Assembly (NCBI GenBank): GCA_963665295.1
Contig: OY762209.1
Span: forward strand, 2,240,001 to 2,304,000
DNA from: Syntrophorhabdaceae bacterium
GTDB lineage: Bacteria > Desulfobacterota > Syntrophorhabdia > Syntrophorhabdales > Syntrophorhabdaceae
Direction of reading: 5' to 3'
Length of the DNA stretch: 64,000 nucleotides
The position numbers and the translations under genes are program-made. Positions 48,896 through 57,985 of the stretch are shown here, one piece after another (position 1 is the first letter of the stretch; the number at the start of each line of letters is the position of its first letter). The notes below the pieces were generated by a model, which searched no databases, was not told where the DNA came from, and saw only the letters and a program-made list of their open reading frames with translations.

Positions 48896-50899
48896 ATGAA
48901 GATCAAATCCATGAGAATCAGGAATTTTAAGACTTTTGATGAAGAAGGAATTTTGTTAAGTCTGAAGGATTTGACAGCCTTGGTCGGCGAAAACAGCACG
49001 GGAAAATCAAATGTTCTGGAAGCTCTAGATTTGTTTTTCAATTTTAGTACGTCAAAGATTTCAAGAGAGTCGTTTCATCATGATGATTCCACCAGAGAGA
49101 TTTCAACTGAAGTCAAGTTTGGAATGCTTACTGATATTGAGAAGGAAAAGTTCAAGATTCATCTTAACGAAAAAGAGGAGCTGGAAATAAAGCAGATAAT
49201 AAGATTGAGTTCTGTGGAGGAGGACGAAGAGGATCTGAAGCCAAAGTACCAAGAGAGTAAGCATGGGACCAGATGGGAAGCAGAATCAGAGTGGGCTCGG
49301 TTAGGCCCAAAGCCTCCCACCAAGAACAATATCAAGACTTGGTGGAAGCAGGATCTAAAAATAGGCAATTTTGATTTCAAGAGTCTCTTCGAAAAACAGG
49401 ATGGCGATATTGAACCGCTCGTTTATCAGGTTAAGCTGGAGCAGTTGTGGAATGAACACTTTGACGATATCCCGAAGGAAAAGAGAACCGGAGATGAAAA
49501 AGTTCTTGGGTGGAAAAACAAACTTAAGGGAAATCTACCAAAATATTTCTACATACCGGCAATAAAGGACGTGAACGACGACCTGAAAGTATTAAAGACT
49601 AATCCGTTTGGCGAAATAGTGAGCTGGCTTACTCAGAACATCACGGCAGATATAGAGAGGGATTTCAAAGAAAAGACCGAGCAAATCTTTATGGAGGTGA
49701 TGGGCGCTGTAGACAAAGACAATGAGGGCAAATCAAAGATCGCCTTCTTGAATGAGAAGTTGAATGCTAATCTTGGGGTGAACATTGACTGTAAACTCGA
49801 GTTGAAATTCGGGACTCCGCAGATATCCGATGTAATCTTCCCTTCTCCTCAGCTATATGCCGACGACGGGTATTATTCAATGATCGATCTAAAAGGGAAT
49901 GGCCTGCAAAGGTTATGCGTCATTTCACTACTTCGAACATATAATGACGTAAAGAAGCGGGTGGAGGATGTTGACAGAAACGTCGTAATAGCGATTGAGG
50001 AGCCGGAAATCTATCTGCACCCCCCAATCAAAAGAGCCACCTACAAGCTTTTACGTTCGTTGTCAGAGCAGAGTGATCAGATAATCTATTCGACTCACGA
50101 TAGCTATTTCGTTTCTGTTGAACATTTCGATGAAATCAGATTATTCAACAAAGTCAAAGAAGGAAAACCTGTAACAAAAATCTATGAATTCGGAATAGAG
50201 AAACTGACAAAGTATTATGCCGATCATTACGGGATTAATGTCGATGAAAAAAGTCTGAGGCATCGATTCGCTCATATCTGTGACGAAACGAAAAACGAGG
50301 GTTTTTTTGCAAACAAAGTGGTTTTAATAGAGGGTGAAACCGAAAAATACGCATTGCCTATCTATTTTGATCGTGTTGGATTTGATGTGGACAGCGAAAG
50401 GGTGGCGATAATATCCGCCGGGTCCGTGGACAACATCAGTTACCTCTATCTTATTTTTAATGAATTTCATATCCCTTGCTATGTAATTTTTGATGGCGAT
50501 AAACCCAGCATCGACTATGAGGAATTAAAGAAAAAGGAACGAGAGAAAGAACGACAGGCTATTTTGGGGAAAAGCCGAAGAAACAAGGAGTTGCTGGCAT
50601 TTGTCGGCGAGACCGTTGATAAGGAAGCGAAATTTCTTTTTCCTGTAACTGCCGTAAAAGATACGTACGCTGTTTGGGAGCAAGATTTTGAGCATACATT
50701 TCATAGGCCTGTCGACGTGTATGAGAAAATCAAGGGGGAAGCGACCAATCTCTATGGAACAAAAAGTAAACCCTTGGCGGGAAGACATTTCGCTTCAGAG
50801 CTAGTCGAGAAATATCCGGACAGAATTAGTCCTCATATAAATGAATTGGTCCAAATGATAAGGTCATGCAATTGGAAGAAGTCATGTCTTTTGGAATAG
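48896..50899 (+). CDS. OLD-family ATP-dependent nuclease (ABC ATPase + TOPRIM)
   Basis: IRNFK, GENSTGKS, KGNGLQR, IEEPEIYLHP, STH, LIEGETE, FDGD. Confidence 0.9.
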   Translation: MKIKSMRIRNFKTFDEEGILLSLKDLTALVGENSTGKSNVLEALDLFFNFSTSKISRESFHHDDSTREISTEVKFGMLTDIEKEKFKIHLNEKEELEIKQIIRLSSVEEDEEDLKPKYQESKHGTRWEAESEWARLGPKPPTKNNIKTWWKQDLKIGNFDFKSLFEKQDGDIEPLVYQVKLEQLWNEHFDDIPKEKRTGDEKVLGWKNKLKGNLPKYFYIPAIKDVNDDLKVLKTNPFGEIVSWLTQNITADIERDFKEKTEQIFMEVMGAVDKDNEGKSKIAFLNEKLNANLGVNIDCKLELKFGTPQISDVIFPSPQLYADDGYYSMIDLKGNGLQRLCVISLLRTYNDVKKRVEDVDRNVVIAIEEPEIYLHPPIKRATYKLLRSLSEQSDQIIYSTHDSYFVSVEHFDEIRLFNKVKEGKPVTKIYEFGIEKLTKYYADHYGINVDEKSLRHRFAHICDETKNEGFFANKVVLIEGETEKYALPIYFDRVGFDVDSERVAIISAGSVDNISYLYLIFNEFHIPCYVIFDGDKPSIDYEELKKKEREKERQAILGKSRRNKELLAFVGETVDKEAKFLFPVTAVKDTYAVWEQDFEHTFHRPVDVYEKIKGEATNLYGTKSKPLAGRHFASELVEKYPDRISPHINELVQMIRSCNWKKSCLLE

Positions 50900-51156
50900 C
50901 AATATTTCGGCCAATTGGAAGATGATCTGGCCCATACGGACGTAACTTTTGTCTGACAGAAACTGTGGCAAGAGCCGAGAACAATTTAGTAGATTATCGG
51001 CTTCGAGTCGAAAACACTGAGCCGAGGATTTTTGCTTGAGTTATCTCCTAAGTAGCGCGAAAATTAACTGTCAGAGGCACATGAGCATGAGCAGATTGGT
51101 TCGACGAAATGAAAAAGAACAAGGGCATCACGCCGCTTTAACGGCTATTTATTGCA

Positions 51157-53418
51157 ATGCCTGATTACGATTTTCATACCCTCTCACCTATCGATTTCGA
51201 AAATCTAGTGAGGGATTTGCTGCAGCATGAGTTGTCAATCCGTCTGGAAAGCTTTAAAACGGGAAAGGACAAGGGAATCGATTTTCGACACTCAAGAGAC
51301 AGCGGTTCCTCTCTTATCGTGCAGGCCAAACATTTTGCTGGGACGGGGTATAAAGGACTCTTATCTCAACTCAAGGTTGGCGAGAAACCAAAGATCGAAC
51401 AACTGAGGCCCGAGCGGTACCTGATTGCCACATCTACGCCACTATCCCCTCAAAATAAAGACGAAATAAAGAAGACTCTCTCCCCTTACATAAAGAAGAC
51501 AGAAGATATCTACGGCAGAGATGACCTGAACAATCTACTCGGACGTTTTCCAGAGGTCGAAAGGCAACATTTCAAGCTCTGGTTATCGAGCACAACCGTC
51601 CTCGAAGAGGTCCTGCACGGAAGGATACTCAATCAAACCAGGATTACCTTGGAGGACATAAGGGATAAGGCCCGTATCTACGTGAATAACCAGAGTTTTG
51701 ACAAAGCTCTCACAATGCTGAAGAACTATAATTATGTTGTAATTGCTGGCATCCCTGGGATAGGAAAAACTACTCTAGCGAAAATGCTTGTCCTTCACTA
51801 TCTACGTTCAGGCTACGATTTCATTGATATATCCTACGACATTAGTGAAGCTTACACAGTCCCTGAACATAACAGACCCAGAGTATATCTCTACGATGAT
51901 TTTCTAGGGCGGACTGCCCTGGCCGAAAAACTGAGAAAAAACGAAGATCATAGGCTAAACGATTTTATTTTATCTATAAGAAAGGCCAAGTCATCCAAGC
52001 TTATTCTGACTACCAGGGAGTATATACTTAGCCAAGCCAAAGAAACTTATGAGGTTCTAAACAGCCCACTTTTTGAAAAGCCACAATGCATAGTGGATCT
52101 ATCACAGTACACTCGTCCTATAAAGGCACAAATTCTCTATAATCACCTCTACTTCTCAGCGCTTCCGCCGGAGCACGTTGAGGCCATCGTTCAACAAGTA
52201 ACCTATCTGAATATTATAGATCATCCAAACTATAATCCACGAATAGTTGAGTACATGACTGACCCCATGTGGATTGGGAATTGTCACGCCGCGCAGTACC
52301 CTGCTCTTTTCTTGCAGAATTTGAAGGAGCCTTTTCTCATATGGGAACAAGCCTTTAATCGCCAGTTGACCGATATTGCCAGAGAAACCCTTCTTGTTCT
52401 CGGCACGTTTTACGACGAGATATTCATAGACGACCTCGAGCGTGCGACAAGAGCCTTTTGGTCCCGCCACAGGCCTGACCTTCCCGGGAAAGAATTTCAA
52501 AGAGCTTTGTCGGAATTACAGGGCAACTTTGTTTCTGTGAGACGAAATCACGGTAAAGATATCATTTCATTTCACAATCCCTCCATACAGGATTTTGTCG
52601 AGAAATATTTCGAGAAGAATCCCGATCTTACTATTTCAATTGGAGAAACTGCATGCTTCTTTGAACAATTACAGTGGATGTGCGGACGCTTATCAACCAA
52701 GGAAAACATATGTCAATTGATACCAACCCTACCAACCATGATCGAGACTTTGTTGTTTTCGGAACCATGTACACTTATAAACTATTCAAATGGTCCGCGT
52801 GGACCGATGCACAAGGGAAGAGAGTCGCTTAAGCGGGGACAGAGAATTGGGTTTTTGGTCACACTCTTATCGAAGGATGGATTCGGATTTATTGAGAATA
52901 TTCTAAAGGATACACTCAAACAGATGACGTCCCAGATGTCACAATTAAACCTTTCTACCGATGATCTTTTTGAATTGGTTAAGAGAATAGTGACATTGGA
53001 GTCCCTAGCGGACCTAAAATCGCATTTTTTGGAGGCCGCGAAGGAAAAGCTCTATCTGAGCGCATATTGGATATCGGACCTGACGTGCATCACTGATTTT
53101 TTTGAACTGCTCCCTGAAATGTTTCTTTCGAGTGACAGGGAACGCATTTCTGAAAAAATACGTGATATAGTGCGGGACAACCTCGATACCGATGATCCCC
53201 AATGGCTTTATGATGAGTTGTTCCAACTTGAGGCAATAGAAAAGAAGTTCAGACTTGGCCTCGAACAGCAAATTGCTTCAGTGCAGGATCTGATATCTGA
53301 AGCCGAGGAAAGGTTCCCCGATGAGGATGATGACGACGATCGCCATGGATGGTCGGGCGGATCCCAATCCATAGGCAATAACGAGTTAACAGAAATGTTC
53401 TCCACATTATTGCGATGA
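51157..53418 (+). CDS. Mrr-like restriction endonuclease fused to nSTAND3-type NTPase
   Basis: DFENLVRDLL, D.GID, VQAKH; GIPGIGKTT, YDDFLG, ILTTREYI, ILYNHLY, YNPRIVE. Confidence 0.82.
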   Translation: MPDYDFHTLSPIDFENLVRDLLQHELSIRLESFKTGKDKGIDFRHSRDSGSSLIVQAKHFAGTGYKGLLSQLKVGEKPKIEQLRPERYLIATSTPLSPQNKDEIKKTLSPYIKKTEDIYGRDDLNNLLGRFPEVERQHFKLWLSSTTVLEEVLHGRILNQTRITLEDIRDKARIYVNNQSFDKALTMLKNYNYVVIAGIPGIGKTTLAKMLVLHYLRSGYDFIDISYDISEAYTVPEHNRPRVYLYDDFLGRTALAEKLRKNEDHRLNDFILSIRKAKSSKLILTTREYILSQAKETYEVLNSPLFEKPQCIVDLSQYTRPIKAQILYNHLYFSALPPEHVEAIVQQVTYLNIIDHPNYNPRIVEYMTDPMWIGNCHAAQYPALFLQNLKEPFLIWEQAFNRQLTDIARETLLVLGTFYDEIFIDDLERATRAFWSRHRPDLPGKEFQRALSELQGNFVSVRRNHGKDIISFHNPSIQDFVEKYFEKNPDLTISIGETACFFEQLQWMCGRLSTKENICQLIPTLPTMIETLLFSEPCTLINYSNGPRGPMHKGRESLKRGQRIGFLVTLLSKDGFGFIENILKDTLKQMTSQMSQLNLSTDDLFELVKRIVTLESLADLKSHFLEAAKEKLYLSAYWISDLTCITDFFELLPEMFLSSDRERISEKIRDIVRDNLDTDDPQWLYDELFQLEAIEKKFRLGLEQQIASVQDLISEAEERFPDEDDDDDRHGWSGGSQSIGNNELTEMFSTLLR

Positions 53419-53576
53419 TTTTGCCAATGCTGCAAACGCAATATCTGGAAAGACAAAGTAGCCCCCCGTCACTGGGCAACACTCCCAAAACTATGAATAG
53501 GGTTGTAGCGAAATCTGTATGTTTGTGCCGACCGTAAAGGGCCTCATGAGGGACGACCGTAACAGTTTAGTCCCCC

Positions 53577-55097
53577 TCACGGAGCCCTCGCCCCATTGCG
53601 ATACAGTGCCGCCTGTGCCGTCATGGTATCCGACACCAGGAGCGTCTCCAGGAACTTCCGTGGATCGTTCCCTTGCCTCATGGAAGTAATGATGAGACTC
53701 GGCAGGATACTGTGGGTCTTCAGTCCCGTTGCCGACCGCGTACCGAACATGAGCTTCCTCATGATCACCAGGAAGCGGATCGACTGTTCTGCCTGGTTGT
53801 TGGTAGGTGGTACTCCCGGATAGCGAAGGAACGTGAAGAGAAACTTCCGGTCTTTGCCGGTAAGGAAGGTACGGAGCCCTTCCGCCGGCTTATACTTGAG
53901 GGGCTTTGCACATATCTTCCCGAGGGTTGCTCTCAATTGCTTCTCGATGCGGGGAGCATCTCCCCACTCTCTCTTTCCCTTAAGAAGATCCCCGCCCGCG
54001 GCGCAGGCATCCGAGAAGAGCCTCCCGACCGCATCACAGAACGCCTCCGCTTTTGTATCTCTTGTCTCCATGAGGACGAGCTCCCGGGTCAACTCCCTGG
54101 CCCTGGTGATAAGGTGGGCAAGGCATGTCTGCCTTTCTCTCGCATGAACTCCGTTATACGCGGCATAGCGGTCGGTGATGAGCACCCCGTCGAAGTTGTC
54201 CCCGAGAAGATGTTGAGCCACGTCTGTCGAGCGGTGCCGGTCGATATGGAAGAGGGCAAGATCGGCGTTTCCCGCATACCACGCGTAATGACCGGTCCCG
54301 TCGTTCCTCCATGATGTCTCATCGGCATGAACTATTTCCGAGGCGCGTATCTTCTCCCGGAGGTCTTCATAAAGAGGCGCCCCCCTTTTCGCCGCAGCCC
54401 TGTCAAACCCCACTGCCGAAGCAGGGACAAAGGCAAGGCCGAAGATCTCCCTCATAACTTCCTCTACCTTTCGATAGCTCATACCTATCCTGTACCGCAA
54501 GTATAAGGCAACGGATTTCGTAACCGGTCCGATAGGAGCATTCGGAAGTTCGTCGGGAGCCGCCTTCACCACAGAACGCCCGCAACGGCTACAGTATGCT
54601 TCCTTATGCACATACCGTCTCACCACCGTGCGGGGTCTTATGACAATGTCTTCCTGCACATGCTCACGGATCCCTTCCCCGGGGACAAGAGGGCCTGACC
54701 CGCAATGGGGGCATCGATCGGGAGCGGGCACGTGAACCGTCGCATCCACGCGGGCAGGCTCGGGCCTGAACCACCCGGGGTGTCCGACCGGAGCGCCGCG
54801 CTTCCTCCCTGCCAAAGAGACCGCATGCTCCGGTTTTTTGTTCGCCTTGAACTGTCTTCGATGCAATGCGGTATTCTTCGCCTTCAGTTCCTCGTTCTCC
54901 TTCTCTAAAAGACGGATACGCTTCATGGTGTCATCCAGCCTGTCCCGGAACACATCGATAATCCGAAGATGCTCTTCGTACACCTCATGGGCCCGCTCAT
55001 ATTCTCCAAAGACCCATAGGGTGGAGAGAAAGTTAAGATGGGGGCAATTGTCCTTATAAAGACAATCGTAGCCGTATGGAGGATAGACCCTCTTCAC
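53577..55097 (-). CDS. IS66 transposase (TnpC-like)
   Basis: Coiled coil, CPHCG zinc finger, HADETSW, TDRYAAY, QTCLAH, PTNNQAEQSIR. Confidence 0.92.
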   Translation of the reverse strand: MKRVYPPYGYDCLYKDNCPHLNFLSTLWVFGEYERAHEVYEEHLRIIDVFRDRLDDTMKRIRLLEKENEELKAKNTALHRRQFKANKKPEHAVSLAGRKRGAPVGHPGWFRPEPARVDATVHVPAPDRCPHCGSGPLVPGEGIREHVQEDIVIRPRTVVRRYVHKEAYCSRCGRSVVKAAPDELPNAPIGPVTKSVALYLRYRIGMSYRKVEEVMREIFGLAFVPASAVGFDRAAAKRGAPLYEDLREKIRASEIVHADETSWRNDGTGHYAWYAGNADLALFHIDRHRSTDVAQHLLGDNFDGVLITDRYAAYNGVHARERQTCLAHLITRARELTRELVLMETRDTKAEAFCDAVGRLFSDACAAGGDLLKGKREWGDAPRIEKQLRATLGKICAKPLKYKPAEGLRTFLTGKDRKFLFTFLRYPGVPPTNNQAEQSIRFLVIMRKLMFGTRSATGLKTHSILPSLIITSMRQGNDPRKFLETLLVSDTMTAQAALYRNGARAP

Positions 55098-55384
55098 TCG
55101 CTCTCCTGTTTCAGTATCTCCCAGTTGATCTTAGAAAGCTTCTGTATGAGAAGCCACATCATCTTGTACCGCTTCGTCATCTCCTTCGCCTTCTCGGCAA
55201 TCTGTTTTCTCACATACACGGTTACGGTCTTCCCCTTCACTTTTGTGGTAAGGGAGTGGCCCGTCATGGAAGGGGACTTGGCCACCGTCCCGATAAGGAA
55301 GAAATCCAGCTGTGCGACAATGTCCTCCTTAAGTCTCTCCCGCTGCCTTTTAAGAAGATCGATTTGTTCCATTGAACCCTCCAC
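55094..55384 (-). CDS. IS66-associated small accessory protein (DUF6788-like)
   Basis: Inside the IRs and coupled to the transposase; LT.KV.GKT.T.YV. Confidence 0.65.
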   Translation of the reverse strand: MEGSMEQIDLLKRQRERLKEDIVAQLDFFLIGTVAKSPSMTGHSLTTKVKGKTVTVYVRKQIAEKAKEMTKRYKMMWLLIQKLSKINWEILKQESE

Positions 55385-55523
55385 ATGAGTAGTAGTACTT
55401 CTATTATAATACCATCATGGAACAAGGGAATCAAAGGTGTTGTGCAAATTAGACATAATATTTTGCTGGAAAAAGTTCCGAGAGGACTAAACTGTTACGG
55501 ACGACGTAACAGTTTAGTCCCCC

Positions 55524-57044
55524 TCACGGAGCCCTCGCCCCATTGCGATACAGTGCCGCCTGTGCCGTCATGGTATCCGACACCAGAAGCGTCTCCAGGA
55601 ACTTCCGTGGATCGTTCCCTTGCCTCATGGAAGTAATGATGAGACTCGGCAGGATACTGTGGGTCTTCAGTCCCGTTGCCGACCGCGTACCGAACATGAG
55701 CTTCCTCATGATCACCAGGAAGCGGATCGACTGTTCTGCCTGGTTGTTGGTAGGTGGTACTCCCGGATAGCGAAGGAACGTGAAGAGAAACTTCCGGTCT
55801 TTGCCGGTAAGGAAGGTACGGAGCCCTTCCGCCGGCTTATACTTGAGGGGCTTTGCACATATCTTCCCGAGGGTTGCTCTCAATTGCTTCTCGATGCGGG
55901 GAGCATCTCCCCACTCTCTCTTTCCCTTAAGAAGATCCCCGCCCGCGGCGCAGGCATCCGAGAAGAGCCTCCCGACCGCATCACAGAACGCCTCCGCTTT
56001 TGTATCTCTTGTCTCCATGAGGACGAGCTCCCGGGTCAACTCCCTGGCCCTGGTGATAAGGTGGGCAAGGCATGTCTGCCTTTCTCTCGCATGAACTCCG
56101 TTATACGCGGCATAGCGGTCGGTGATGAGCACCCCGTCGAAGTTGTCCCCGAGAAGATGTTGAGCCACGTCTGTCGAGCGGTGCCGGTCGATATGGAAGA
56201 GGGCAAGATCGGCGTTTCCCGCATACCACGCGTAATGACCGGTCCCGTCGTTCCTCCATGATGTCTCATCGGCATGAACTATTTCCGAGGCGCGTATCTT
56301 CTCCCGGAGGTCTTCATAAAGAGGTGTCCCCCTTTTCGCCGCAGCCCTGTCAAACCCCACTGCCGAAGCAGGGACAAAGGCAAGGCCGAAGATCTCCCTC
56401 ATAACTTCCTCTACCTTTCGATAGCTCATACCTATCCTGTACCGCAAGTATAAGGCAACGGATTTCGTAACCGGTCCGATAGGAGCATTCGGAAGTTCGT
56501 CGGGAGCCGCCTTCACCACAGAACGCCCGCAACGGCTACAGTATGCTTCCTTATGCACATACCGTCTCACCACCGTGCGGGGTCTTATGACAATGTCTTC
56601 CTGCACATGCTCACGGATCCCTTCCCCGGGGACAAGAGGGCCTGACCCGCAATGGGGGCATCGATCGGGAGCGGGCACGTGAACCGTCGCATCCACGCGG
56701 GCAGGCTCGGGCCTGAACCACCCGGGGTGTCCGACCGGAGCGCCGCGCTTCCTCCCTGCCAAAGAGACCGCATGCTCCGGTTTTTTGTTCGCCTTGAACT
56801 GTCTTCGATGCAATGCGGTATTCTTCGCCTTCAGTTCCTCGTTCTCCTTCTCTAAAAGACGGATACGCTTCATGGTGTCATCCAGCCTGTCCCGGAACAC
56901 ATCGATAATCCGAAGATGCTCTTCGTACACCTCATGGGCCCGCTCATATTCTCCAAAGACCCATAGGGTGGAGAGAAAGTTAAGATGGGGGCAATTGTCC
57001 TTATAAAGACAATCGTAGCCGTATGGAGGATAGACCCTCTTCAC
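55524..57044 (-). CDS. IS66 transposase (TnpC-like)
   Basis: Matches copy 1 except KRGAP to KRGTP. Confidence 0.92.
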   Translation of the reverse strand: MKRVYPPYGYDCLYKDNCPHLNFLSTLWVFGEYERAHEVYEEHLRIIDVFRDRLDDTMKRIRLLEKENEELKAKNTALHRRQFKANKKPEHAVSLAGRKRGAPVGHPGWFRPEPARVDATVHVPAPDRCPHCGSGPLVPGEGIREHVQEDIVIRPRTVVRRYVHKEAYCSRCGRSVVKAAPDELPNAPIGPVTKSVALYLRYRIGMSYRKVEEVMREIFGLAFVPASAVGFDRAAAKRGTPLYEDLREKIRASEIVHADETSWRNDGTGHYAWYAGNADLALFHIDRHRSTDVAQHLLGDNFDGVLITDRYAAYNGVHARERQTCLAHLITRARELTRELVLMETRDTKAEAFCDAVGRLFSDACAAGGDLLKGKREWGDAPRIEKQLRATLGKICAKPLKYKPAEGLRTFLTGKDRKFLFTFLRYPGVPPTNNQAEQSIRFLVIMRKLMFGTRSATGLKTHSILPSLIITSMRQGNDPRKFLETLLVSDTMTAQAALYRNGARAP

Positions 57045-57319
57045 TCGCTCTCCTGTTTCAGTATCTCCCAGTTGATCTTAGAAAGCTTCTGTATGAGAAG
57101 CCACATCATCTTGTACCGCTTCGTCATCTCCTTCGCCTTCTCGGCAATCTGTTTTCTCACATACACGGTTACGGTCTTCCCCTTCACTTTTGTGGTAAGG
57201 GAGTGGCCCGTCATGGAAGGGGACTTGGCCACCGTCCCGATAAGGAAGAAATCCAGCTGTGCGACAATGTCCTCCTTAAGTCTCTCCCGCTGCCTTTTAA
57301 GAAGATCGATTTGTTCCAT
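57041..57319 (-). CDS. IS66-associated small accessory protein
   Basis: Same as in copy 1. Confidence 0.65.
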   Translation of the reverse strand: MEQIDLLKRQRERLKEDIVAQLDFFLIGTVAKSPSMTGHSLTTKVKGKTVTVYVRKQIAEKAKEMTKRYKMMWLLIQKLSKINWEILKQESE

Positions 57320-57612
57320 TGAACCCTCCGACTGAGTAGTAGTACTCCTATTATAATACCATCATGGAACAAGGAAATCAAAGGTTTTGTGGAAATTAGA
57401 CATAATATTTTGCTGGAAAAAGTTCCGGGGGGACTAAACTGTTACCGGACGACCGAGGGCCTCATGAGGGACGACCGTAAATAAGTAAATTACTCTTTTC
57501 GCAGAGAAAGGAACGGGGTCAGCCACAGACACGAGACAGACACCGGCCCGTCATTACTCGCTGAGTCAATTTTCCTTTCTGCTAGGGGCTACCGGAATTC
57601 GCCCTTCAATAG

Positions 57613-57768
57613 GGGAGGCGATAGGGGCGTCCATTTAATTATCAAATTATCTGCGGTTTGCAGAAATCCAAAGGTTTAGGCGTCGAAGAAATCCCTAATG
57701 ATGCCGCCCTTTAACTGTTTCTTCCCGAAATCATTGCCGAGTCAAAGGAGTCCGTGCTCGACTTATAG
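57613..57768. repeat. 156-bp direct repeat, copy 2
   Basis: Matches 41968-42123. Confidence 0.9.
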
Positions 57769-57985
57769 GTCAAGTTCACACCAAAGCCCTGTCTCAGCCC
57801 CACGACGATTTCTACGCGAAATGGTTAGTCGTGATACCGCAGCCTATTATTCTCTTCACCGTGAAACCGATCCGCACCGCATGTCAGTCACACAGTCAAC
57901 CTATAGGCTTAAGCAAACAAACGGTGCTTATGCGCGCATGTCGGTCCGGTCCAAAACTTTACTGAAGAGTCCAAAACTTTTTTAA

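Larger units (their letters stand above)
53559..55498 (-). mobile_element. IS66-family element, copy 1
   Basis: IRs GTAACAGTTTAGTCC / GGACTAAACTGTTAC; flanked by GGACGAC(C). Confidence 0.92.
55506..57445 (-). mobile_element. IS66-family element, copy 2 (tandem, near-identical)
   Basis: Same IRs, offset 1947 bp, 7-bp spacer GGACGAC. Confidence 0.92.

Noticed and set aside
48896..50899. Complete Gabija system
   Set aside because: No adjacent UvrD-like GajB; the UvrD at 12263 is about 35 kb away in host-like DNA.
48260..53540. Integron cassette array around the OLD and STAND genes
   Set aside because: No convincing attC (RYYYAAC...GTTRRRY) pairs and no integron integrase in the window.
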